Shown in pieces: positions 34,650 through 47,099 of a stretch of DNA of 60,693 bases. How positions within the stretch are numbered: position 1 is the stretch's first letter; each line of letters starts with the position of its first letter. The notes below the pieces were generated by a model. The model did not search any database. It was not told the DNA's origin and was given only the letters and a program-made list of their open reading frames with translations. The position numbers were made by a program, and so were the translations under genes. The stretch is from an uncultured Streptomycetaceae bacterium (lineage in GTDB: Bacteria; Pseudomonadota; Gammaproteobacteria; Burkholderiales; SG8-41): positions 1 through 60,693 of the forward strand of contig CAZCGD010000246.1 of assembly GCA_964498105.1 (NCBI GenBank), given 5' to 3'.

Positions 34650-34656
34650 AAATTCA

Positions 34657-34776
34657 GGATTGAGGGATGAGGGATGGGGGATGAGGGAAAACCAATAGAC
34701 GCGGTTGTGCGCGCCCGCCCGGGATTGACATCAATTTTCTTGCTCCTTCCCCCTTCACCCTTCCCCCTTCGTCTTC
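34657..34776 (-). repeat. Hairpin with arms of tandem heptads (GGGATGA on plus / CTTCCCC on plus) and a central GC palindrome CCCGCCCGGG
   Basis: Left arm about 34659-34691, right arm about 34739-34776, palindrome 34714-34723. It pairs better as minus-strand RNA (18 Watson-Crick plus 2 G:U of 24). The right arm overlaps the last glmU codons. Confidence 0.5.
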
Positions 34777-36134
34777 TTTTGGGGCCGCTTCCACTCGGGC
34801 CGGTGCTGCTGGCTCTTCTCGTTGATCACGAGGCCGCCCGGTGAAGTGTCTTTCCATACCGTCGTGCCGGCCCCTACCGTCACCCCTTTCGCCACCGTGA
34901 CCGGCGCGACCAGTTGGACGTCGGAGCCGATATGCACGTCGTCCTCGATCACGGTCCGGTGCTTGTGGGCGCCGTCGTAGTTGCAGGTGATGGTGCCGGC
35001 GCCGATGTTGACGTCGCGCCCAATAGTGGTGTCACCGATATAGGCGAGATGATTCGCCTTGGAGCGCGCGCCGACGTCGGATTGTTTCACCTCGACGAAG
35101 TTGCCGATGTGAACCTCTTCGGCCAGCCGGACCCCCGGACGGAAACGCGCGTACGGCCCGATGCGGCAGTTGGCGCCGATAGTGGCTGCGTCCAAATAGG
35201 TAAACGGCTCGATGCGCGTGCCCGCGCCGACCTCGGTATTCCTCAACACGCAGTTGGCTCCGATCACGACCTGGTCGGCGAGCCGGACGTCACCCTCGAA
35301 TAGGCAGTTCACGTCGATCTGCACTTCGGCGCCGCAGATAAGGTTGCCGCGCACGTCGAACCGCGCCGGGTCGGCAAGCGTGACCCCGCCCTCCATCAGC
35401 CGCGTCGCTTGCTGCCGCTGGCAGACGCGCTCGAGCTGCGCCAGCTCCAGCTTGCTGTTCACGCCCAGGATCTCCCAGGTGGCGCGCGCCTTTACGGTCG
35501 CGACCGCCACCCGGTCGGCGAGCGCCAACGGCACAATGTCGGTGAGATAGTACTCGCGCTGCGCATTGCGGTTGGACAACCGGGACGTCCAGTCCTTCAG
35601 GCGCGCGGTGGGCAGCGCCATGATGCCGGTATTGATCTCGCGAATCTTCTTCTGCTCCGCGCTCGCGTCCTTGTCCTCGACGATGGCGGTGATCGAGCCC
35701 CGGCGGTTGCGCACGATGCGGCCGTAGCCCGCGGGGTCATCGAGCTCGGCCGTCAGCAGCGTCAAGCGGTCGCCGCCGCCCGCAATCATGGCGGCCAGCG
35801 TTTCTTCCCCGATCAACGGCACATCGCCGTACAGCACCAGCGTCAGGCCCGCGTTGCCAAGATGCGGCTGCGCCTGGGCGAGGGCGTGCCCGGTACCGAG
35901 CTGGGGCTGCTGCTTGACGTAGGTGAGATCGTTGGCCGTGACCGCCTGCGGCAGTTGCTCGCCGCCGTGGCCATAGACCACGCAGATGCGGGCCGGCTTC
36001 AGCGCGCGCGCGGTTGCGATCACGTGCGCGAGCAGTGGCCGCCCGGCCAGCGGGTGCAGAACCTTCGGCAGGCGCGAGCGCATGCGCTTGCCCTGGCCGG
36101 CGGCGAGAATGACGATATTGAGTCCGGCAGGCAT
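34755..36134 (-). CDS. glmU: Bifunctional UDP-N-acetylglucosamine pyrophosphorylase / glucosamine-1-phosphate N-acetyltransferase
   Basis: [10 protein letters not shown]-terminal motif and C-terminal left-handed beta-helix hexapeptide repeats. ATG 36134 preferred. Confidence 0.93.
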   Translation of the reverse strand: MPAGLNIVILAAGQGKRMRSRLPKVLHPLAGRPLLAHVIATARALKPARICVVYGHGGEQLPQAVTANDLTYVKQQPQLGTGHALAQAQPHLGNAGLTLVLYGDVPLIGEETLAAMIAGGGDRLTLLTAELDDPAGYGRIVRNRRGSITAIVEDKDASAEQKKIREINTGIMALPTARLKDWTSRLSNRNAQREYYLTDIVPLALADRVAVATVKARATWEILGVNSKLELAQLERVCQRQQATRLMEGGVTLADPARFDVRGNLICGAEVQIDVNCLFEGDVRLADQVVIGANCVLRNTEVGAGTRIEPFTYLDAATIGANCRIGPYARFRPGVRLAEEVHIGNFVEVKQSDVGARSKANHLAYIGDTTIGRDVNIGAGTITCNYDGAHKHRTVIEDDVHIGSDVQLVAPVTVAKGVTVGAGTTVWKDTSPGGLVINEKSQQHRPEWKRPQKKTKGEG

Positions 36135-36155
36135 GGAGAAATTATCGCACAAACA

Positions 36156-37661
36156 TCAACTTAGGTGCTGAACCAGATGGCGCGCGACGGCTTCGCGCTG
36201 TCCCGGCGTGAGTTGCAGGCCGGCTTTGGTGCGGCGCCATAGCACATCCTCCGTGCTGCGTGCCCACTCGTGCGCCAGGAGATAGTCCACTTCCCGGGCG
36301 TAAAGTTCGGCGCCGAAATGCTCGCCGAGATCCGCCGCCGAAGCAGCGTTACCAAGCACGTCGTACGCCAGCGCGCCGTGACGCTGGGCCAGCCCCCGCA
36401 GCAAGCGTTGCGGCAGCTGCGGATAACGCTGCGCCAGTTGCCGCGCGAAGCCCGCCATGTCGCCTACAGGGATGTCGCCGCCGGGCAGGGCGCTGGCGGC
36501 GGTCCACGCCGGGCCCATGCCGGGGAACCAGGGCGCCAGTTTCTCGAGCGCATGCTCGGCGAGCCGCCGATAGGTGGTGATTTTCCCGCCAAATACCGAC
36601 AACACCGGCGCGGCTCCCTGGTCACTGTCGAGACGCAATACATAGTCGCGCGTTACCGCCGAAGGGTCAGCCGAGCCGTCGTCATAAAGCGGCCGCACGC
36701 CGGCGTAGCGCCAGACGATAGCGGCCGGAGTGACCGGGCGCGTGAGATAACGGCTGGCAGCGCGGCACAAGTACTCGGCCTCCGCCGCGCTCACCTCGGG
36801 GCAGGAGGGGTCACCTGCGTGCGGAACGTCGGTGGTGCCGATGAGGGTATAGCGCTCCTCGAACGGAATCATGAACACCACACGCCGGTCCTCGTTCTGC
36901 AGGATAAAGGCGTGATCGCCGTCGTAGAGCCGGGGCACCACGATGTGGCTGCCGCGCACCAGGCGCACGTTGTCACGCGACGGCTGGCGCAGCTGCTCGT
37001 TGAGCACCGCCTTCACCCACGGGCCCGCGGCATTGACGATCGCCCGCGCGGCCACTTCCCGCACGCCTTCCGCGTCCTGCAGCCGCGCACTCCATCGATC
37101 GCCTTCGCGTTTCGCGGCGATGCACTCGGTGCGTGGCAGCAGCCTCGCACCGTGCGCCACGGCGTCCCGCGCATTCGCCACCACCAGCCGCGCGTCGTCC
37201 ACACGGCAGTCGGAATAGATGAAGCCGTGCCGGAATTCCGGCTTGAGGCCGGAGGCGTAGGGCGGGCGGTCGAGCCGCACCGCGTGCGAACCGGGTAGCC
37301 GCGTCCTGCGCCCGAGGTGGTCGTAGAGGAATAGTCCCATGCGGATCATCCAGCGCGGCCGCAGTTCCGGCACGTGCGGCATGATGAAGCGCGCCGGGCT
37401 GACCAGGTGCGGCGCAATTCGCAGCAGCACTTCGCGCTCGGCGAGCGCCTCCGCCACCAGGCGGAATTCATACTGCTCGAGGTAGCGCAGCCCGCCGTGG
37501 ATCAGCTTGCTGCTGGCGGAGCTGGTATGCGCGCCGAGGTCGTCTTTCTCCACCAGCAGGACGGAGAGCCCGCGCCCGGCGGCGTCGCGGGCGATGCCAG
37601 CGCCGTTGATGCCGCCGCCGATGACCAGCAAGTCGACGCTGGCGGGTATTTCTATCGCCAT
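36156..37661 (-). CDS. glpD: FAD-dependent glycerol-3-phosphate dehydrogenase
   Basis: DLLVIGGGINGAGIARDAAGRG dinucleotide fold, SSKLIHGGLRYLE. 501 aa. Confidence 0.85.
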   Translation of the reverse strand: MAIEIPASVDLLVIGGGINGAGIARDAAGRGLSVLLVEKDDLGAHTSSASSKLIHGGLRYLEQYEFRLVAEALAEREVLLRIAPHLVSPARFIMPHVPELRPRWMIRMGLFLYDHLGRRTRLPGSHAVRLDRPPYASGLKPEFRHGFIYSDCRVDDARLVVANARDAVAHGARLLPRTECIAAKREGDRWSARLQDAEGVREVAARAIVNAAGPWVKAVLNEQLRQPSRDNVRLVRGSHIVVPRLYDGDHAFILQNEDRRVVFMIPFEERYTLIGTTDVPHAGDPSCPEVSAAEAEYLCRAASRYLTRPVTPAAIVWRYAGVRPLYDDGSADPSAVTRDYVLRLDSDQGAAPVLSVFGGKITTYRRLAEHALEKLAPWFPGMGPAWTAASALPGGDIPVGDMAGFARQLAQRYPQLPQRLLRGLAQRHGALAYDVLGNAASAADLGEHFGAELYAREVDYLLAHEWARSTEDVLWRRTKAGLQLTPGQREAVARHLVQHLS

Positions 37662-37666
37662 AATTG

Positions 37667-37690
37667 AAAAGGGCAGCCTGTGCTGCCCTT
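37667..37690 (-). terminator. Rho-independent terminator downstream of atpC, ending 5 nt before the glpD start codon
   Basis: Minus strand reads AGGGCAGC-ACAG-GCTGCCCT followed by TTTTCAATT-ATG. Confidence 0.5.
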
Positions 37691-37698
37691 AGCTTACA

Positions 37699-37806
37699 CC
37701 GCGAGTTGAACAGCGCCAGGTTTCGGGGGCCGCGGCTCCCGTGCCCTAAGGCGTCCGTTCGAACTCGCGGAGGTAAACCGGCGCCGAACGGCGTCCGGCT
37801 TTACCA
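37699..37806 (-). repeat. REP-like two-hairpin element, copy 1 (downstream of atpC)
   Basis: Core 37753-37785 (GTCCGTTCGAACTCGCGGAGGTAAACCGGCGCC) matches 40591-40623 at 29 of 33 positions. The flanking arms CGCGAGTTGAAC and CCGGCTTTAC are also shared. Confidence 0.5.
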
Positions 37807-38229
37807 CTATTTCTTCCGCAGCTTCCGGATCGCGGCGAGCTGTGCGGCGAGCATCGCCAGTTCGCCTTCGACCACCGCGATCTCCTGCTTGTCCTTCGCC
37901 GTGCGCCGCGCTTCCTCGGCGCGCTTGAGCGCCTCGTTGGCCTTGGCCTCGTCGAGGTCGTGCCCGCGAATCGCGGTGTCGGCAAGCACGGTAATTACCT
38001 TGGGCTGAACCTCGAGGATGCCGCCGGCGACGAAAATCAGCTGCTTCTCGCCGCCGCCGGCCGGCGTAATTTCCACTGTGCCGGGCTTGATGCGCGTGAT
38101 GAGCGGCGTGTGGCGCGGGTAAATGCCGAGCTCGCCCGCCTCACCCGGCAGGACGACGAACTCCGCCTCGCCGGAGAAGATCGACTCCTCGGCGCTGACG
38201 ACGTCTACGTGCATGGTGGCGGCGGTCAT
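37807..38229 (-). CDS. atpC: F1 ATP synthase epsilon subunit
   Basis: [36 protein letters not shown]. Position after atpD. The ORF-track N-terminal extension is rejected. Confidence 0.9.
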   Translation of the reverse strand: MTAATMHVDVVSAEESIFSGEAEFVVLPGEAGELGIYPRHTPLITRIKPGTVEITPAGGGEKQLIFVAGGILEVQPKVITVLADTAIRGHDLDEAKANEALKRAEEARRTAKDKQEIAVVEGELAMLAAQLAAIRKLRKK

Positions 38230-38248
38230 GGGGCGTCCGGTGTCCGGG

Positions 38249-40554
<2,306 letters not shown>

Positions 40555-40567
40555 CGCTTGTTTCCTT

Positions 40568-40643
40568 GCGCGAATTGAACGGCATGCAGTGTCCGTTCGA
40601 ATTCGTGCAGTTAAACCGGCGCCACGCGTGCGCCGGGTTTAAC
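40568..40643 (-). repeat. REP-like two-hairpin element, copy 2 (atpA-atpG spacer)
   Basis: Core 40591-40623 (GTCCGTTCGAATTCGTGCAGTTAAACCGGCGCC). Hairpins GCGAATTGAACGG/CCGTTCGAATTCG and GTTAAACCGGCGC/GCGCCGGGTTTAAC. Confidence 0.5.
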
Positions 40644-40645
40644 GT

Positions 40646-42193
<1,548 letters not shown>

Positions 42194-42202
42194 GACTTCT
42201 CC

Positions 42203-42739
42203 TTAAGCTTTCAAAGCGTTCTCGAGCGCGCCCAGCTGCGCGCGCGCGGAACCGTCGATGACCTTGTCGCCAATCACGATCTTGACGCCGCCGATGAGGG
42301 ATGGGTCGACGCTGACACGGGCCCTCACTTTGCGGCCGGTTTTCCTCTCCAGCCTCGCCACCAGGTCGGCGAGCTGGGCCGGATCCATCTCGAAAGCGGT
42401 GTAGACATTGGCCTCGACCATCCCTTCGCGCTCGTTCTTCAGTGCCTCGAAATGCGTGCGGATCTCCGTAACCACGCCCAGCCGGCCGTTTTCTGCCAGC
42501 ACGCGCACGAAATTCTCGGCATCGCCGGAGAGCTTGCCGGCGAGGATCGAAATCACCAGTCCGGCGGCCTTGGCATCGGGAAGATTAGGATCGGCTATCG
42601 CCGCGCGCACGCGCTTGTCCGCCGCCACGGCGGAGAGGTCGGCGAGTGCCCCCGACCAGTCGGCGAGTTTGCCCTGGGCGTCCGCGAGCTTGAACACGGC
42701 TTCAGCGTAGGGGCGTGCGATGGTGCTCGGTTCGGCCAT
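42203..42739 (-). CDS. atpH: F1 ATP synthase delta subunit
   Basis: 178 aa. TIARPYAEAVF N-terminus typical of delta/OSCP. Operon position. Confidence 0.9.
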   Translation of the reverse strand: MAEPSTIARPYAEAVFKLADAQGKLADWSGALADLSAVAADKRVRAAIADPNLPDAKAAGLVISILAGKLSGDAENFVRVLAENGRLGVVTEIRTHFEALKNEREGMVEANVYTAFEMDPAQLADLVARLERKTGRKVRARVSVDPSLIGGVKIVIGDKVIDGSARAQLGALENALKA

Positions 42740-43209
42740 CAGAGCTGCTTCTTGATTCCGTCAAGAAGGTCGGCGTGCGCTTTGGCGTCCACCTCGCGGC
42801 GCAGGATTTTCTCCGCGCCCGCAACCGCCAGCACGGCCACCTGTTCGCGCAATTGCTCGCGGGCTCGGGACACTGCCTGCTGGATGTCGGCCTTGGCCGC
42901 GGCTTTTTCGCGATCGCCTTCCAGCTTGGCCGCGCTCTTGGCTTCTTCGATCGCCTGGGCTGCCCGCCTCTCGGCCTGGGTGACGATGTCGGCGGCGCGG
43001 ATACGCGCGGCGGCGATCTCGTTGCCCGCCTGCTGCGACGACAACTCGAGCGACTTCTTGCCCTGCTCGGCGGCGGCGAGCCCGTCGGCGATCGTCTTTT
43101 GCCGCTCCTCGATCACGCGCAGCATGCGCGGCCAGATAAATACCTTGGTGAGCCAGATGAAGGCCGCGAAGACAATGGCTTGCGCGAAGAGCGTGAAATT
43201 GATATTCAT
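42739..43209 (-). CDS. atpF: F0 ATP synthase subunit b
   Basis: 156 aa from ATG 43209: MNINFTLFAQAIVFAAFIWL TM helix, then a long charged helix. The 467-aa ORF-track fusion is rejected. Confidence 0.9.
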   Translation of the reverse strand: MNINFTLFAQAIVFAAFIWLTKVFIWPRMLRVIEERQKTIADGLAAAEQGKKSLELSSQQAGNEIAAARIRAADIVTQAERRAAQAIEEAKSAAKLEGDREKAAAKADIQQAVSRAREQLREQVAVLAVAGAEKILRREVDAKAHADLLDGIKKQL

Positions 43210-43238
43210 GAATTTGTCCCCGGCGGGAACCGGAACCG

Positions 43239-43550
<312 letters not shown>

Positions 43551-44354
43551 TTAGTGATGCTCGTGCGCCATCGAGAGATAAACGATGGTTAGCATCATGA
43601 AAACGTACGCCTGCAGGCCGACGATGAGGATGTGAAAGATCGCCCAGGCCAGGGCCAGCACGGAGCCGAATATCGTCCCGACCAGCCCGGTCGCTGCCCA
43701 CATCCACAGCAGCAGGAAAATGATTTCGCCCGCGTACATGTTGCCGTAGAGCCGCAGCGAGTGAGACAGCGGCTTGGAGAGATACTCGATGGCGTTGAAC
43801 AGCAGGTTGAAGGGGAACAGCCACGGTCCGAACGGCGTGCAGGACAGCTCGTGCAGCCAGCCGCCCAGGCCCTTGGCGGCGATCGAGAAGTAAATCATCA
43901 GCAACCAGACCGTAAGCGCCAGCGCGAACGTCGTATTGACGTCCGCGGTGGGAACGATGCGGAAACCGTGCTCCGAGATGTGATGTGTGCCCAGCGCGAG
44001 AATATCCACCGGCAGGAAATCCATCGAATTCATCAGCAGCACCCACACGCCAACGGTAAGCGCCATCGGCGCCACGAACTGGTTGCGGTCCCCGTGATGG
44101 AAGATGCCCTTCACCTGATCGTCGACGAAGCTGAAAAACCACTCGACGAACGCCTGGCGCTTGCCGGGCACGCCAGCGGTCGCGCCCTTCACCACCCAGG
44201 ACAGGAAGCCGAAGCCGATCACTCCGAGCAGGATGGACACAGCGAGCGAGTCGAAATACAGCGTCCAGAATCCGCCGTCGCCGAGTTGCTTAGCGCCGTG
44301 CGTCAGGTGATGACTGATGTAATCGGTCGGGGTGAGCTCTTTACCGGCGGCCAT
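43551..44354 (-). CDS. atpB: F0 ATP synthase subunit a
   Basis: 267 aa polytopic protein with the [13 protein letters not shown] motif (essential Arg). Confidence 0.92.
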   Translation of the reverse strand: MAAGKELTPTDYISHHLTHGAKQLGDGGFWTLYFDSLAVSILLGVIGFGFLSWVVKGATAGVPGKRQAFVEWFFSFVDDQVKGIFHHGDRNQFVAPMALTVGVWVLLMNSMDFLPVDILALGTHHISEHGFRIVPTADVNTTFALALTVWLLMIYFSIAAKGLGGWLHELSCTPFGPWLFPFNLLFNAIEYLSKPLSHSLRLYGNMYAGEIIFLLLWMWAATGLVGTIFGSVLALAWAIFHILIVGLQAYVFMMLTIVYLSMAHEHH

Positions 44355-44375
44355 GGCAAAAACGTGTCGTTATCC

Positions 44376-44744
44376 TCAAGCTTCGCGAACAAAAAAAGCC
44401 ATTGCAAAAATCAGCACCGTGACCGTGAACGTTGCTATTACCGCGAGCACCACGGCGTCCTGGTACGTCGCGAGTACGAGCCACAGGAGAATGACGATGA
44501 GGCCGATCTTGACCGCTTCGGCTCCCAGCGCGAACAGCAGAACCCCCCCTGCGGAGTCCGCCTTGCCCAGCGAGGCTACGCCCGCTGCCACCAAGCCAGA
44601 AAAAATGCTGACCAATCCGCCAAGCGCCGCGGAAAGGGCGCCATGGGCGCCCGCCCAGATACCGGCACCGATCGTCAACGCGGCGGTAGCCGCCAACTGC
44701 CACCGGAGGACCGTGCGTATCGGTTGGCTCAGGTCGCGGAGCAT
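44376..44744 (-). CDS. atpI: ATP synthase protein I
   Basis: Small hydrophobic protein at the head of the atp operon. ATG 44744 preferred because the TTG 44771 start would lie at the predicted transcription start. Confidence 0.7.
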   Translation of the reverse strand: MLRDLSQPIRTVLRWQLAATAALTIGAGIWAGAHGALSAALGGLVSIFSGLVAAGVASLGKADSAGGVLLFALGAEAVKIGLIVILLWLVLATYQDAVVLAVIATFTVTVLIFAMAFFVREA

Positions 44745-44780
44745 GGCTGTGGGCTTTTCCGCCCCCTGCAAAGCGCGCGT

Positions 44781-44809
44781 AGTATAGCCTTCGACCGCTT
44801 GAGGGTCAA
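44781..44809 (-). promoter_or_regulatory. Sigma-70-type promoter for the atp operon
   Basis: Minus strand reads TTGACC (44809-44804), a 17-nt spacer, then TATACT (44786-44781). Confidence 0.5.
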
Positions 44810-44845
44810 TTTGCTGCGGTGCGGCAAGACCACGATTACGTTGCC

Positions 44846-45694
44846 TTATCTGAGCTTGCGCAGCAGACCGTCGAGCTGGTCCAGGGTCGAGTAATGGATC
44901 ACCAGCCGGCCGCGGCCGGGCTTCGCTCCAGCCTGTATTTTCACCGTGGTGCCGAGCTGCCCGCTCAGTTCTTCTTCCAGCCGCGCCACGTCGCGGTCGA
45001 TCACGGCACGCGCACCGGGCGCCGCGCGCTTAGTCAATCCCGCCACCAGGGCTTCCACCTGCCGCACCGATAGCTCCCTCGCCACCGCCTCGCGCGCGAG
45101 CTCGATCTGCTTCAATGCCGGCAGCGCGAGCAGCGCGCGCGCGTGTCCCATGTCGAGTTTTCCCTCGCGCAGCAACTCTTGCACCGGCGGCGCCAGCTCC
45201 AGCAGCCGTAACGCGTTGGTGATGGCCACGCGTGAGCGGCCAACCGCTGCCGCGGCCTCCGCGTGCGTCATCGCGAACTCCTCGATCAGGCGCTTGACGC
45301 CCGCGGCTTCCTCGAGCGGGTTGAGATCTTCACGCTGCAGGTTCTCGATCAAGGCGATGGCGAGCGCGTTGCGGTCGGGCACGTCCCGCACCAGGACCGG
45401 AACGGCTGCGAGGCCCGCCATGCGCGCGGCGCGCCAGCGCCGCTCGCCAGCGAGGATTTCGTAGCGGCCCGCGCCCAGCGGGCGCGTGAGTATCGGCTGC
45501 ATCAGGCCCTGCGCCTTGATCGACTCAGCGAGTTCGGCGAGCGCTTGCGGGTCCATGCGCGTGCGCGGCTGATAGCGTCCGGGCTGCAGCGCGTCGATCG
45601 CGAGCATGGTCAGCATCTCGCCGCTGGTCGCCGGCTCGTCAGGCGCGCCCAGCAGGGCATCCAGACCCCGTCCCAATCCCTTCATCTTCGCCAT
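44846..45694 (-). CDS. parB: Chromosome partitioning protein ParB
   Basis: GLGRGLDALL, ParB box ILAGERRWRAA, HTH region. GAGGAG lies 7 nt upstream of ATG 45694. The alternative is ATG 45709 in an ATGA overlap with the parA stop. Confidence 0.9.
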   Translation of the reverse strand: MAKMKGLGRGLDALLGAPDEPATSGEMLTMLAIDALQPGRYQPRTRMDPQALAELAESIKAQGLMQPILTRPLGAGRYEILAGERRWRAARMAGLAAVPVLVRDVPDRNALAIALIENLQREDLNPLEEAAGVKRLIEEFAMTHAEAAAAVGRSRVAITNALRLLELAPPVQELLREGKLDMGHARALLALPALKQIELAREAVARELSVRQVEALVAGLTKRAAPGARAVIDRDVARLEEELSGQLGTTVKIQAGAKPGRGRLVIHYSTLDQLDGLLRKLR

Positions 45695-45705
45695 CGCTTC
45701 ACTCC

Positions 45706-46473
45706 TCATCCGCCGGCGCGATTCAGCATTTCACCCGCCAGCGCGAGGTACGCCTGCGCGCCCTTGGAAGCCTGATCGAACTTGAGCGCGGGCACGCCGT
45801 GGCTGGGCGCTTCCGCCAGCCGCACGTTGCGCGGAATCACCGTGCGGTAGACCTTGTCGCCGAAGTGCTCGACCAACTGCGCCGACACCTGCTGCGCCAG
45901 CATATTGCGCGGGTCGTACATGGTGCGCAGCAACCCTTCGATCTCCAGCGCCGGATTGAGGTGCGCGCGCACTTTCTTGATGGTCTGGACGAGGTCGCTC
46001 AAGCCCTCCAGCGCGTAGTACTCGCACTGCATCGGGATCAGCACCGCCTGGGCGGCGGTGAGCCCGTTGACCGTCAACAGATTCAGCGCCGGCGGACAAT
46101 CGATCAGGATGAAATCGTACTCGGATGCGACTGCGGCCAGCGCTTCCTTCAACTGTGTCTCGCGGTGCTCCATCTCCACCAGCTCGATCTCAGCGCCCGC
46201 CAGGTCGCGATTCGCGGGCACCAGGTCGTAGCCGCCGGTCTCCGAGCGCACCCGCACCTCGGTGATGCGGCGGGTGCCGAGCAGCACGTGGTAAACCGTG
46301 GCCGCCAGGTGCCGCTTGTCCACGCCGCTGCCCATGGTGGCATTGCCCTGGGGATCGAGATCCACCAGCAGCACGCGGCGCTGCGCCGCGGCCAGGCTCG
46401 CCGCAAGATTGACCCCGGTGGTGGTCTTGCCGACGCCGCCCTTCTGGTTGGTGATGGCGAGAATTCTGGGCAT
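45706..46473 (-). CDS. parA: Chromosome partitioning ATPase ParA (Soj)
   Basis: Deviant Walker A NQKGGVGKTTT, DLDPQGNAT. Confidence 0.92.
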   Translation of the reverse strand: MPRILAITNQKGGVGKTTTGVNLAASLAAAQRRVLLVDLDPQGNATMGSGVDKRHLAATVYHVLLGTRRITEVRVRSETGGYDLVPANRDLAGAEIELVEMEHRETQLKEALAAVASEYDFILIDCPPALNLLTVNGLTAAQAVLIPMQCEYYALEGLSDLVQTIKKVRAHLNPALEIEGLLRTMYDPRNMLAQQVSAQLVEHFGDKVYRTVIPRNVRLAEAPSHGVPALKFDQASKGAQAYLALAGEMLNRAGG

Positions 46474-46475
46474 GC

Positions 46476-47099
46476 TCAGTCCGGAGCGAGCAACAACAGG
46501 TGCCGTTGTGCACGCAGCGTGGGAACCGTGATCTCGACCGCTTGCTGCAAGCGCCAGCCCTGCGGCAATTGCACGATCTCCTCGTGCGGGAAAATGCCCT
46601 TCATCGCCGCCAGCCGGCCGCCGGGCGCAACGTGCTGCCCCGCCAGCTTGACGAACTCCGCCAGATCCGAGAACGCGCGCGAAACCACGATCTCATACCG
46701 CCGGCCGGGGCGCCATGTTTCGACGCGCTCGCAGACGACCTCGACGTTGCCAAGTTTCAACTCGATCTGCGCCTGCTTCAGAAACGCCGCTTTCTTGTGA
46801 TTCGCCTCGAGTAGCGTCACCCGCGAATCCGGCAACACCAGTGCGAGAGGTATGCCGGGAAGCCCGGCGCCGCTCCCCACGTCGAGGATGGCTGCGGCCC
46901 TCACGTGTGGCACCACCGCCAGGCAATCGAGGAGATGCTGGCTCACCATGCGCGGCGCTTCGCGCACCGCCGTGAGGTTGTAGACCTTGTTCCATTTCTG
47001 CAGCAGCGCCAGGTAATCGAGCAGCCTTTGCTGCGAGGGCCCGGGCAGCGCGAGCCCAAGCTGTGCGACGCCCTGCGCCAGCTGCCGCGCCAGGGTCAT
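46476..47099 (-). CDS. rsmG: 16S rRNA (guanine527-N7)-methyltransferase
   Basis: WNKVYNLT and [17 protein letters not shown] motifs. Between mnmG and parA. Confidence 0.9.
   Translation of the reverse strand: MTLARQLAQGVAQLGLALPGPSQQRLLDYLALLQKWNKVYNLTAVREAPRMVSQHLLDCLAVVPHVRAAAILDVGSGAGLPGIPLALVLPDSRVTLLEANHKKAAFLKQAQIELKLGNVEVVCERVETWRPGRRYEIVVSRAFSDLAEFVKLAGQHVAPGGRLAAMKGIFPHEEIVQLPQGWRLQQAVEITVPTLRAQRHLLLLAPD

Noticed and set aside
34650-34754. Possible glmS ribozyme or riboswitch upstream of glmS.
   Set aside because: The glmS ribozyme is a feature of Gram-positive 5' UTRs with a conserved pseudoknotted core. This spacer is instead low-complexity heptad repeats around a GC palindrome, and I see nothing resembling the ribozyme core.
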